Source: an uncultured Candidatus Saccharibacteria bacterium (GTDB lineage Bacteria > Patescibacteriota > Minisyncoccia > Phycocordibacterales > UBA2100). Taken from it: DNA of 64,000 nucleotides. The stretch spans positions 79,400-143,399 of the forward strand of contig CAZUVH010000003.1 of NCBI GenBank assembly GCA_964623775.1, read 5' to 3'. Positions 28,831 to 38,490 of the stretch are shown here, in pieces (position 1 is the first letter of the stretch; each line of letters opens with the position of its first letter). The position numbers and the translations under genes were made by a program. The notes under the pieces are model-generated. The model ran no database searches, was not told the DNA's origin, and saw only the letters and a program-made list of their open reading frames with translations.

Positions 28831-29046
28831 ATGCATAATGCAGAAAAAAGAATCAGTCTCTTTTCAAGGCCCGTGTGGATCATTATCTCTGCAATCGGTA
28901 TTGTCGGACTCGTGTTCTTGCTCACCGAACACACATCACATGTCTTGATCGCGCTGCCGTATTTGGTCCTTCTCGCGTGCCCTCTGCTGCACATCTTTAT
29001 GCACAAAGGGCATAGTGGACATAGTCACGACAAATCAAAATCTTAA
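28831..29046 (+). CDS. DUF2933-family small membrane protein (His-rich C-terminus)
   Basis: LLACPLLHIFMHKGHSGHSH matches the DUF2933 pattern common in metal-resistance loci. Confidence 0.6.
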   Translation: MHNAEKRISLFSRPVWIIISAIGIVGLVFLLTEHTSHVLIALPYLVLLACPLLHIFMHKGHSGHSHDKSKS

Positions 29047-29278
29047 CGTATGAACGTACGTATCACACGTAAACACGATGCGACCAGGTTTCTATTAGGG
29101 GCAACTGTCTCCATCTGCTCCTTTTTTGGTGGGGTTTTCGTTGATGGGCATGCGGAAGCCGGTCATGTTCAGACTCCTTTTATAATGCATTTGTCCGGAG
29201 AGCACGATGAGTTATTGGATAATCGGCCGACTCAGCGAAAAAAGGAATTGCCAGCGGTTGCCTCAAATATGTAATGCT

Positions 29279-31561
29279 ATGAACAACAGTCATCACAATC
29301 ATCATCATAACCATCGCGGTATGCACGACAGATGCACCAGCGGGTGCTGTGACGCTCACAGGCGTCATCGCGACCACAAAACAAATCAAGGCATGGGCGG
29401 TGATACCGTTTACACCTGTCCGATGCATCCGGAGGTTATCGGGCAGAAAGAGGGCAAGTGCCCTGGCTGTGGTATGGATCTGATACCGGTCTTCGCAAAT
29501 ACTGTCGCGAGCGAACATACAGGACATGATTTTGAAAAAATGAGCCATATGGATCACGAAGCTGCGATGACAAATCCACAGATGGCAAAGAAGATGGAGG
29601 CCGATATGCGCAGAAGATTTTGGATCTCTTTTGTCCTCTCAATCCCGATATTTCTCTATTCTCCCGTGGGGATCAACTTCTTCGGTCTCAATCTCCCGGC
29701 GCCTATCCCTGTGAGCTGGATTCTTTTCATCCTCACGACCCCAATCGTATTTTGGACAGGTTCCATCTTCATTACGGGCACATACTACTCACTTAAAGCT
29801 CGCACACTCAACATGGCAGTCTTGATCGCCACCGGTGTGCTTGCGGCGTATTTATTCAGCGTGTTACTTACACTGATACAGCCGGAAAGCGAAACATTCT
29901 ATGAGGCTGCCGCGCTCCTCGTCACCTTCGTACTCTTCGGTCACTGGATGGAGATGAAGTCGCGTCGTGGCACGTCGGACGCGCTGCGAGCGCTTTTTGA
30001 TCTTGTCCCCCCGAAGGCTATTGTAATTCGGAATGGCAAAGAAATGAGTATTCCGAGCGCGGAAGTAATTCAGGGCGACACCGTTGTGCTTCGTCCCGGC
30101 GACAAGGTACCTGTCGACGGCGAAGTCATTGAGGGCGAGACATCGATCGACGAATCGCTCGTGACGGGCGAATCCATCCCTATTGTTAAAAAGTCTGGTG
30201 ACAAAATAACGGGCGGTTCAGTCAATCTGACAGGCTCGGTAAAATTTAAAGCGATGCAGGTTGGCTCGGAAACAGTACTCGCACAGATCATCAAGATGGT
30301 GGAGACCGCGCAAAACTCCAAAGCGCCAGGCCAACGCATCGCCGATCTATGGGCAGGGCGACTCGTCCTCGTTGCGCTTGGTTCAGGCACAGCGGCGTTC
30401 ATCGGCTGGTACTTCTTCGGTGATGCCGGTCTTTTGACTGCACTCACCTTTGCCGTTTCGACCGTTGTCATTGCCTGTCCGGATGCCTTGGGACTTGCCA
30501 CGCCGACCGCCGTCGCCGTTGGTACCGGCCTTGGTGCGAAGCACAACATTCTCATCAAGGATGCAGCGACACTCGAGAACACTTCAAGGCTCACAGCCAT
30601 CGTGCTCGATAAGACGGGTACCTTGACCGAGGGGAAGCCGAAAGTCACCGAAGTTGTTTCCACCAATTCCTACACTAAAGAGGATGTACTTGCGTACGCT
30701 GCCGCCGTAGAGCGAAGTTCAAATCACCCCATCAGTCTTGCCATTATCGAAGAGGCACAAAAGCGAAATGTGTCGATTGAGAAGAAAGTGGAAAAGTTTG
30801 AATCAATTGGCGGCCATGGTGTGCGCGCCGTTGCGGACGGTAAAGTAATTATTGCCGGAACCGAACGTCTGATGAATCAAAATAATATTGACCTTGCGCC
30901 ACTCAAAAAAGAGATCAATCGGCTACTCGACACGGGAAACACCATAAGCATCGTGGCTATAGAGGGCAAGATCGCGGGCGCTATCGGCGTAGCCGACACT
31001 GTGCGCGAGAGTACGAAGAAAACGATCCAGAAGCTCAAGGAAATGGGACTCGAGGTCGCCATGATTACCGGTGATCACGAGCAGGTAGCCAAAGCCATAT
31101 CCGCCGATCTTGGTATCGACCGCTATTTCGCCCAGGTGCTTCCCGAAGAGAAAGCAAAGTATGTCAAAAAACTTCAAGACGAAGGCAAGTTTGTAGCAAT
31201 GGTCGGCGATGGCATCAACGATGCGCCCGCACTCGCGCAATCGGACATCGGCATCGCTATAGGCGCGGGCACCGATGTCGCTATTGAAACCGGCAATATC
31301 GTCCTGATGAAATCAGACCCATATGACATCGTAGCGGCGCTACGACTCTCAAAAGCAACGGTCACGAAAATGAAGCAAAATCTCTTTTGGGCTGCAATTT
31401 ACAACGTGCTTGCGATTCCCGTCGCGGCTGGTGTCTTTTACACCTCGCTCGGCTGGTCCTTGCGACCCGAGATCGCTGCACTCCTCATGTCCGCGTCATC
31501 AATCATCGTCGCCACGAACGCCGTATTATTAAAACGAGTTGAGCCAAGGCTAAAAGAATAA
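29279..31561 (+). CDS. copA: copper-translocating P1B-type ATPase with His-rich N-terminus and CPxCGM metal-binding motif; TM6 motif is CPD rather than CPC
   Basis: DKTGTLT, TGES-like and GDGINDAP motifs. N-terminal HHNHHHNH plus YTCPMHPE..CPGCGM. TM6 reads IACPDALGLATP. Confidence 0.9.
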   Translation: MNNSHHNHHHNHRGMHDRCTSGCCDAHRRHRDHKTNQGMGGDTVYTCPMHPEVIGQKEGKCPGCGMDLIPVFANTVASEHTGHDFEKMSHMDHEAAMTNPQMAKKMEADMRRRFWISFVLSIPIFLYSPVGINFFGLNLPAPIPVSWILFILTTPIVFWTGSIFITGTYYSLKARTLNMAVLIATGVLAAYLFSVLLTLIQPESETFYEAAALLVTFVLFGHWMEMKSRRGTSDALRALFDLVPPKAIVIRNGKEMSIPSAEVIQGDTVVLRPGDKVPVDGEVIEGETSIDESLVTGESIPIVKKSGDKITGGSVNLTGSVKFKAMQVGSETVLAQIIKMVETAQNSKAPGQRIADLWAGRLVLVALGSGTAAFIGWYFFGDAGLLTALTFAVSTVVIACPDALGLATPTAVAVGTGLGAKHNILIKDAATLENTSRLTAIVLDKTGTLTEGKPKVTEVVSTNSYTKEDVLAYAAAVERSSNHPISLAIIEEAQKRNVSIEKKVEKFESIGGHGVRAVADGKVIIAGTERLMNQNNIDLAPLKKEINRLLDTGNTISIVAIEGKIAGAIGVADTVRESTKKTIQKLKEMGLEVAMITGDHEQVAKAISADLGIDRYFAQVLPEEKAKYVKKLQDEGKFVAMVGDGINDAPALAQSDIGIAIGAGTDVAIETGNIVLMKSDPYDIVAALRLSKATVTKMKQNLFWAAIYNVLAIPVAAGVFYTSLGWSLRPEIAALLMSASSIIVATNAVLLKRVEPRLKE

Positions 31562-31564
31562 ACT

Positions 31565-32212
31565 ATGTGTTTTTCAGCAGCAGCAAGTTTCGCAGCAGGA
31601 GGAGCGCTCAGCGTGGCGGGAGGCTTGACAATTGCACAGGTGAAAAAGAAGACCGAGCTACCATTTGCCAGTATTCCGCTCTTGTTCGGCATCCAGCAGG
31701 TCATTGAAGGAGCAGTGTGGGTTTCTTTTGGTTCCCCAATAGTGAATACCGTGGCCACATACGCATACTCGATGTTTTCTCATGTGCTGTGGCCGGTCTT
31801 AGTCCCAGTCTCTGTTTTTCTGATGGAGACAGAACCAATTCGGAAAAAGATTCTCTCCTTGTTCTCATTTCTTGGTCTGGCAGTTGGTGGTTACCTGCTT
31901 TATTTCATCATTGCAGATCCTGTTACTGCTCATATCGTCAACAACAGTATTGCCTACCATTCTCCGCATTTGTACGCGTATCTCATCATGGCACTTTATC
32001 TCGTGGCGACATGCGGCAGTTGTTTTGTATCAAGTCACAGAATCATAAATCTGTTCGGTGTCGTTCTTCTCGTATCTTTCGCCGTCGCAGCGTGGTTCTA
32101 TACTGAAACATTTTTCTCGGTTTGGTGCTTCTTTGCTGCTATTCTCAGCATCATTGTGTACTGGTACTTCAAAAGAAAACCTGCTGCAGAAAAGCTGGTC
32201 GAAGCAGGCTGA
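31565..32212 (+). CDS. hypothetical membrane protein
   Basis: 6 or so TM helices. Directly follows copA. Confidence 0.45.
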   Translation: MCFSAAASFAAGGALSVAGGLTIAQVKKKTELPFASIPLLFGIQQVIEGAVWVSFGSPIVNTVATYAYSMFSHVLWPVLVPVSVFLMETEPIRKKILSLFSFLGLAVGGYLLYFIIADPVTAHIVNNSIAYHSPHLYAYLIMALYLVATCGSCFVSSHRIINLFGVVLLVSFAVAAWFYTETFFSVWCFFAAILSIIVYWYFKRKPAAEKLVEAG

Positions 32213-32244
32213 TTATTAACTTAGGTGTATTAACTCAAAAAACC

Positions 32245-32496
32245 ATGAACACATTTCGCGCAATTAAAATCGGATTGGCGTGGATAACGAGTACGTATGT
32301 CTTGTGCTACATCATTCTGGGCTTAATACCGGCTTCGCGACCATCGCTCTTGCCGTACATTCTGCATCTCAACGTCGGGCCGGTTGAGAATATCTTCACG
32401 CTTGGGAACTTTGTCGTCGGTCTCGTTCTCTGGAATGTTATCGTAGGAGCTGGTATTTGGTGGGTTGGGTTTCTTGGTAAATATATTAAAAACTAA
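32245..32496 (+). CDS. small hypothetical membrane protein
   Basis: Internal ATG of the ORF-track frame. 2 TM. Confidence 0.35.
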   Translation: MNTFRAIKIGLAWITSTYVLCYIILGLIPASRPSLLPYILHLNVGPVENIFTLGNFVVGLVLWNVIVGAGIWWVGFLGKYIKN

Positions 32497-32506
32497 TCAC
32501 AGAAAT

Positions 32507-32725
32507 ATGAAATTCTCAAAAGTAATGCACGTTAGTAGTGTTGTTGCCGGATTCGCCGGAGTCATCTCGTTCCTTATTGCAGTCTTCGGGAACGCTGAGA
32601 GCGTATTCGGTATTACGAAGGCCGACACTCTTGCATGTGCAGCCATTCTTATACTCATCGCCATTTGGACGCAGATAGCGACCATCCATCACATGATGCT
32701 TGAGAAAAGAAGCGAGCTTATGTAG
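32507..32725 (+). CDS. small hypothetical membrane protein
   Basis: Internal ATG. 2 TM. Confidence 0.35.
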   Translation: MKFSKVMHVSSVVAGFAGVISFLIAVFGNAESVFGITKADTLACAAILILIAIWTQIATIHHMMLEKRSELM

Positions 32726-32763
32726 CTTTTTTTCGCTACAGCACGTTTGTGCACAGATAAACC

Positions 32764-32794
32764 AAAGCCCGCCGCGCGAGACGCGACGGGCTTT
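32764..32794. terminator. hairpin AAAGCCCG-(15 nt)-CGGGCTTT between convergent genes
   Basis: 8-bp GC-rich stem. T-rich flank on the minus-strand side. Confidence 0.5.
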
Positions 32795-32813
32795 GCAGGC
32801 GAGGTCTCACGCT

Positions 32814-32942
32814 TTATTTCTTTGAAATGTGCTGCCAGAGCCAGACACCGAGTAGGCAGAGGTCGATGAAGATGACCACCGCAAAGAGTAAGTGCCAAAT
32901 GCTCCCGCCGCCCATCATTCCATATCCATATTGTCCCATCAT
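32814..32942 (-). CDS. candidate 42-aa membrane micro-protein (MMGQYGYGMMGGGSIWHLLFAVVIFIDLCLLGVWLWQHISKK)
   Basis: Translated by hand. Below the ORF-track size cutoff. Followed on its strand by the 32764-32794 hairpin plus TTTGGTTTAT. Confidence 0.3.
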   Translation of the reverse strand: MMGQYGYGMMGGGSIWHLLFAVVIFIDLCLLGVWLWQHISKK

Positions 32943-33076
32943 AGAAATAGTGTGTTTGATTTGTAATTGACCGCACTTCCAGTATACGACTCTTTTGGGG
33001 TTAAAGAAGCGTCGGATGTTTTTCTGTGTAGTTTTTTGATTCTTGCGTTTGAGGAAGAGAGGAGTAGAGTGAGTGT

Positions 33077-33445
33077 ATGTTTAGTTCTAGAGTGCTCACC
33101 TCATTTCTTCTAGCAATCATGGTGATCATGGCGGTTTTCGGTGTGCCCTTTGCTCTCAGCAATATGCATCATGATGTCGGGTGTCCGTATATGCCAGGCA
33201 CGGATGCGATGTGTCCCGTAGGTTTTCTAGCGCATCTCGGTCATTGGCAGACAGCATTTCTCGGAGTGATCATTAATACCTTTGCGTTCTACATTCTCGC
33301 ACTTGCATTTTTCGGTATTACAGCGTTTGCGCGCCCGCCCGATAGACACTACATACGACTTAGGTCATACGATCGTAGAACGCCACGATCTACTTTGCTC
33401 CAGATACTTTTTGCACGAGGACTCATTCACTCCAAGGCTTTTTAA
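33077..33445 (+). CDS. hypothetical membrane protein with Cys/His/Met cluster (HHDVGCPYMPG..MCPVGFLAHLGHW)
   Basis: ORF and hydrophobicity. Potential metal ligands. Copper-island context. Confidence 0.4.
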   Translation: MFSSRVLTSFLLAIMVIMAVFGVPFALSNMHHDVGCPYMPGTDAMCPVGFLAHLGHWQTAFLGVIINTFAFYILALAFFGITAFARPPDRHYIRLRSYDRRTPRSTLLQILFARGLIHSKAF

Positions 33446-33492
33446 TGCATAGTTTTTGTGCGCGCATTTTTCATGCGCGCCTTTAATCATGT

Positions 33493-34233
33493 TTGTTTCT
33501 CTTAACTATGGAATCAACATCTCAGCAGAAAAATAACTTCTTAACAGTACCTGTCGCGATCGTGATTGCGGGGGTGATCATTGCGATTAGCCTCTTTGTA
33601 GGTATTCGTAGCCGGACGCCAGTAGCTGCAAACCCGCAAGTACCGCAGGCTCCCGCTGGCAATCTCGAAGCGATGGCCCCGATCACTAAAGGAGATCACA
33701 TCCGAGGCAACGCGAATGCACCCATCACGATCGTCGAGTATTCGGATTTCGAGTGCCCTTTTTGTAAGCGCTTCCACGACACGATGAAGCAGGTCATGAG
33801 CGAATTTGGCGCAAGTGACAAGGTCGCATGGGTATACCGCCAGTTTCCGCTCGACGCGCTTCACTCGAAGGCGCGCAAGGAGGCCGTCGCTTCGGAGTGC
33901 GCGGCAGAGCTCGGCGGCAACGACGCATTCTGGAAATTCACCGACCGCTTCTTCGAGCTGACACCATCGAACAATCAAACCGACATTGATACGGTGCTTC
34001 CGCAAATCGCACGTGAAATCGGACTCAATGAGCAGAAATTCTCATCGTGTCTCGGCAGCGGAAAATATGATGCGCATGTGGAAGCCGACGTACAAAATGC
34101 TGGCGCAACGGGCGGCAACGGCACGCCGTGGAGCATTATTGTCGGGAAGAGCGGTAAGAAATATCCAATCAACGGTGCTCAGCCATACGATGCGATAAAA
34201 CAGCTTATCGAAGTTGCTCTGAAGGATAGATAG
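33493..34233 (+). CDS. DsbA-family thiol:disulfide oxidoreductase (membrane-anchored)
   Basis: CPFC active site in a thioredoxin-fold context (EYSDFECPFCKRFH). Confidence 0.75.
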   Translation: MFLLTMESTSQQKNNFLTVPVAIVIAGVIIAISLFVGIRSRTPVAANPQVPQAPAGNLEAMAPITKGDHIRGNANAPITIVEYSDFECPFCKRFHDTMKQVMSEFGASDKVAWVYRQFPLDALHSKARKEAVASECAAELGGNDAFWKFTDRFFELTPSNNQTDIDTVLPQIAREIGLNEQKFSSCLGSGKYDAHVEADVQNAGATGGNGTPWSIIVGKSGKKYPINGAQPYDAIKQLIEVALKDR

Positions 34234-34239
34234 TCGCCC

Positions 34240-34782
34240 ATGAATGCCGCGCGTATCGTCTTCCGAAATTGGAGCCATGCTCTGCTCGCAGGAGCGACCA
34301 GTCTTGCCGTGTTCATGGTCGCCACGTGGTTTCCAAATCTCCGACTAATTATGTCCATCTGGTCGGATTCCTCGGCGACACTTGCGGACAAGATCACGCT
34401 ACCGATCCGACTACTTGAGTCCATTACCACGAATTTCACTGTCCTTTCCGCTTCGTACACAATCGCGATTGCCATTTTGGCCGGCGTCAATGTTGCTTTC
34501 ATCGCTTACATCGTGAGGCGGCAAAAGGAGCGGCTCTCGGCGGCCGGGATGACAGTTGGAATCCTCGGGATTTTTTCTGGCGCGACGGGACTGGGGTGCG
34601 CCGCGTGCGGCTCTCTCATCATATCCTCGCTTCTTGCGACTACGGGCGGCGCGAGCGCCCTCGTACTCTTGCCTTTGCGCGGTGGAGAATTCGGCATTCT
34701 TGGCGTAGGGCTCCTCTTCGCTGCGACATACTCACTCGCAAAACACATTACCAAGCCCGCTTCATGTGAAGTCACCGTGTAG
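34240..34782 (+). CDS. hypothetical membrane protein with intramembrane GCAACGS motif
   Basis: 4 TM. A C-x2-C lies inside a predicted helix. Possible redox partner of the DsbA-like protein; speculative. Confidence 0.45.
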   Translation: MNAARIVFRNWSHALLAGATSLAVFMVATWFPNLRLIMSIWSDSSATLADKITLPIRLLESITTNFTVLSASYTIAIAILAGVNVAFIAYIVRRQKERLSAAGMTVGILGIFSGATGLGCAACGSLIISSLLATTGGASALVLLPLRGGEFGILGVGLLFAATYSLAKHITKPASCEVTV

Positions 34783-34867
34783 TCGTATGAACGACACATC
34801 ACTGCGTGTCTCTCGGACGGCTGCAGCGACGCCGCTGATCACGTAAGCCATTAATTACTCATCACCT

Positions 34868-35290
34868 ATGAAAAAAATCAAAACATCACACATTCTTATG
34901 GGATTCGCAACTATAATATTTGCTGGTCTTGTCCTCAATACATACGTCCAGTCAGGACGTACCGACATTATCGCGAAAAATGGGATGCATTGGCATCCGC
35001 AACTGTCAATGTATGTAAAAGGGGAAAAGATCGAAATTCCACAAAACATCGGCATCGGCCCAGTACATAATCCTATTCATACACATGACGACCTCCCGGC
35101 ATTGCATCTCGAATTTGGGGGTGTTGTACAGCAGAAGGACGTCATGCTCGGAAAGTTCTTCGACGCATGGGGCAAAGACATGCGCTCGTTTGGTTCCAGT
35201 ATGCGTATGACGGTCAATGGCAAGGAAAGTACTGAGTACGAAAATTACATGATGCGCGATGGTGATAAAATCGAGCTACGGTATGACTAA
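34868..35290 (+). CDS. hypothetical exported protein
   Basis: N-terminal anchor. HTHDD motif. No family recognised. Confidence 0.4.
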   Translation: MKKIKTSHILMGFATIIFAGLVLNTYVQSGRTDIIAKNGMHWHPQLSMYVKGEKIEIPQNIGIGPVHNPIHTHDDLPALHLEFGGVVQQKDVMLGKFFDAWGKDMRSFGSSMRMTVNGKESTEYENYMMRDGDKIELRYD

Positions 35291-36821
35291 GAAACAAATT
35301 GCCATCGTCGGCGGGGTGCTCGTGCTCGCGACTATCGCCGCGGCGGTACTGCTCGGATCGACCTCGGCGCAGCGAGCGCCGCAGGTAAAGGCGAATGAAA
35401 TCGTCGAACTAAAAAACGGCGACACGTACATGCTCACTGCGAGCTATATAACGAAAGAGATCGGCGGACGAGAGCAAAAGATGCTTGCATACAACGGCAT
35501 GATTCCTGGCCCAACGATCCGTGTGCAGCAGGGCGCGGAAATCACGGTCGACTTCAAGAACGAGACCGATATGCCCGCACTCCTCCACTCTCATGGTGTG
35601 CGCATGGACTATCGTTTCGACGGTGCGCAGACCTCGCAAGAGGAAATCGAGCCAGGCCAGTCGTTCAGTTACACGCTGAAATTCCCCGATGCCGGTGTGT
35701 ACTGGTATCATCCGCACGCCAATGAAGTGTACGGACAGCCGCTCGGGCTCTATGGCGCGTACGTCGTCATGCCGACCGATGAGGATTACTTCCCACCTGT
35801 AAACCGCGAAGAAGTCGTTTTTCTCTCCGATCTCCTGATGGATGGCGGAAGGATCGCGATAGACAAGAGGGGGGACGACTTCTCTCTCATGGGCCACTTC
35901 GGCAATCTCATGCTCGTGAATGGGCAAGAGAATTATGTGCTTCGTGCAAAAAAAGGTGAGGTTGTACGTCTGTATGTCATCAATGCGGCAAATGTGCGAC
36001 CGTTCAACTTTGCGATCAAGGGAATGAAGATGAAATTGATCGGCGGCGACAGTGGCGCGTACGAGAAAGCGACATGGCAAGAGAGCGTACTCCTCTCTCC
36101 GTCGGAGCGTGCAATCGTCGATGTCATGTTTACGATACCAACGACGATAATCAACGACACTCCGGCAGGTCTCACCGCGCTCGGGTCTGTCGTAATCGAT
36201 CCTGGCCAGGCGGGGACTTCGTACGCCTCACAGTTTGGTCAGCTGCAGGACAGTCGTGTCGTGAAAGACAGCATTGATACGTTTCGCCCGTATTTCAATA
36301 GGGCGCCCGACAGACGCATCGCGCTTACGCTCGATATGGGAATGGGCGGCGGACCTGGCACGCACATGATGCCAAATGGTACCGCGATGAGTAATACCGG
36401 AATGGCTATGGGTGTGCCTACGGGTGGCATTGAGTGGGAGGATGATATGGCGATGATGAATTCGATGTCGAACACCCAGATGGTGCAATGGCACATTGTC
36501 GATCAGGACACCGGCAAGAAAGACATGGATATAGATTGGACTTTCAGCAAAGGCGCGCCCGTTAAAATCCGCATCTTTAATGATCCACAATCGATGCATC
36601 CGATGCAGCACCCGATCCACTTCCACGGGCAGCGCTTCTTGGTGGTCGCGCGGGACGGAGTAGCGCAGACGAATCTCGGATGGAAGGACACGGTGCTCGT
36701 AAAAGCGGGGGAGACTGTCGATATTGTGCTCGATACGACCAATCCAGGAATCTGGATGGCGCACTGCCATATCGCCGAGCACCTCGCGGCGGGCATGATG
36801 TTTGCGTTCAAGGTGCAGTAA
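35283..36821 (+). CDS. multicopper oxidase (CueO/laccase-like) with Met-rich insert
   Basis: Four Cu-ligand motifs: HSHGV, WYHPHA, HPIHFHG, HCHIAEHLAAGM. Met-rich segment MGMGGGPGTHMMPNGTAMSNTGMAMG. Tat/Sec-type N-terminus. Confidence 0.9.
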   Translation: MTKKQIAIVGGVLVLATIAAAVLLGSTSAQRAPQVKANEIVELKNGDTYMLTASYITKEIGGREQKMLAYNGMIPGPTIRVQQGAEITVDFKNETDMPALLHSHGVRMDYRFDGAQTSQEEIEPGQSFSYTLKFPDAGVYWYHPHANEVYGQPLGLYGAYVVMPTDEDYFPPVNREEVVFLSDLLMDGGRIAIDKRGDDFSLMGHFGNLMLVNGQENYVLRAKKGEVVRLYVINAANVRPFNFAIKGMKMKLIGGDSGAYEKATWQESVLLSPSERAIVDVMFTIPTTIINDTPAGLTALGSVVIDPGQAGTSYASQFGQLQDSRVVKDSIDTFRPYFNRAPDRRIALTLDMGMGGGPGTHMMPNGTAMSNTGMAMGVPTGGIEWEDDMAMMNSMSNTQMVQWHIVDQDTGKKDMDIDWTFSKGAPVKIRIFNDPQSMHPMQHPIHFHGQRFLVVARDGVAQTNLGWKDTVLVKAGETVDIVLDTTNPGIWMAHCHIAEHLAAGMMFAFKVQ

Positions 36822-36823
36822 TT

Positions 36824-37628
36824 TCAAATAGGAAAGGGTCCGTCGATTCTCACTTCGTTACCTTCCTTATCGAAATAGTGGATGCGAATGCCTTTTTCTC
36901 CGATCGTTATGAACGAGCACGGCTCTGATGTCCACGAGCCGGAGTTGAAATAGTGCACGCCGTTTTGAGAGCGATGCTCGGCATGATGCGTGTGACCGCA
37001 AAATATATACTGCATTTTGATTTCGGCGGCATACTCCATTGCGCCACTCGCCACAAAGTCGAGTGCGCGGATGTAGCGTTTGGAGCGACTCTTGAGAACT
37101 GCGCACAGGCTGCGACCAAACGTCCCGGATTTTTGAATCAGGTGGTACATGCGCGCGGCAAAGGCACTGAGTTTGCGGTATTTGTGAAAGAAAATATCAA
37201 ATTGATCGCCGTGGATCGCGTGGAATCGCTTGCCGGCGTATTCCCATGAATATTCCTCGGCTACCTGCGCCCCGAGGAAATAGGCGAATACTCTGCCCAG
37301 ATCGTCGTCATGGTTGCCGGTGATCCATATATTATTACAGCCATCTTTTGCGCGATCATTTACATCCTCAAGGAGCGTGAGATGTTCGCGTGGGATGCGG
37401 TGTGGGCGCACGTGCGTCTCGCCCAAGCGTCGGCCTGCCTTGGAATCACGTCCCCGTTGCAGATTTGAATCGTCAAAAAAGTCGCCATTGGCGATGATTT
37501 GCTGAGCCTCAAACCGGCCCAGTGCCACGCGCAATGCGTGCGCATGGAAGAGGGGGGACCCCACGTGCGTATCACTAAAAATGATCGTATGGACGCGCTC
37601 TCGCGGGCTTTCGTGTGACATATACATC
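36824..37628 (-). CDS. calcineurin-like metallophosphoesterase (LpxH-like motif set)
   Basis: DTHVG, GDFFD, GNHD, HGD and GHTH motifs. AGGAGG RBS before ATGTATATG at 37628. Confidence 0.75.
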
Positions 37629-37823
37629 CTCCTGATTTCGGCGTTGGTACCACGGTACCATGAGTCACCTCCCCAGGGAACGGCCGAATGAGGAACTTCA
37701 TTGACACCCCCCACGGGGAGTTGTAAGGTTCGAGCAGAGTGTTTCTTTGACACCCAATTTCACTGAAATCCCTGATCGGAGGGGCAGCCCTTCTTTCGGA
37801 CACTTCCCACACAGGAGCCAGAC

Positions 37824-38480
37824 ATGAGCACAGAGACAACCCCGGTTGTCCGGCTCGGGCAAGTCCGAGCCACGCGGGATCACGACTACCTGCAATTCTT
37901 CTACGCCCTTCTTGCCGTCCTCGCAGTCATGTGCGGACTCGGATGGGGGTGGCAGTCCACCACGTACCTGCAGTACGCGCACAATGCAATCGGCCTTCCG
38001 TTCAGCGTGACATTCGTCGCGCTGCTCACGTACGGCCTTCTCAGTGGTCTTGTGCAGTGCTGGAAGGTCTCGCGTGCTATCAACAAGGTCAAGCATTGCG
38101 CAAGTATCGAGGAACTTCATACGTTCTTCGGTTTCGAGCCCAACTCAAAGGTATCGACCGATTATCTGACCGACGTCGTCGCTGATGATCTTGAGCGCCG
38201 TGTAGACGGTGTTGAATACGTCAAGCGGCTTTCAGTCATGGTCGGATTTTTTGGTACCGTCGTCGGGATCATGATCGTCGTCGGCTCCCTCGAAGGTGTT
38301 CGCTCGGCAGACGATGTCTTTAAGGCACTTCCAGGAATCGCACATGGTCTCAAGATCGCTTTCGGTACGACACTCGTCGGCATTATCGTCGGCGTGATCG
38401 TCGGACAGATGGCGCGCCTTGTGCGTAACGCTGCGATGATGCTGAAGGCTCGCTTGCTTCGCGTGTTGCAGCAGACATGA
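37824..38480 (+). CDS. MotA/TolQ/ExbB-family proton-channel protein
   Basis: 3 TM. Family signature across TM2-TM3: FFGTVVGIM, then 16 aa, then ALPGIAHGLKIAFGTTLVGIIVGVIV. Compare ExbB LFGTVWGIM...VAPGIAEALLATAIGL. AGGAG RBS. Confidence 0.7.
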   Translation: MSTETTPVVRLGQVRATRDHDYLQFFYALLAVLAVMCGLGWGWQSTTYLQYAHNAIGLPFSVTFVALLTYGLLSGLVQCWKVSRAINKVKHCASIEELHTFFGFEPNSKVSTDYLTDVVADDLERRVDGVEYVKRLSVMVGFFGTVVGIMIVVGSLEGVRSADDVFKALPGIAHGLKIAFGTTLVGIIVGVIVGQMARLVRNAAMMLKARLLRVLQQT

Positions 38481-38490
38481 GGGGAAACCG

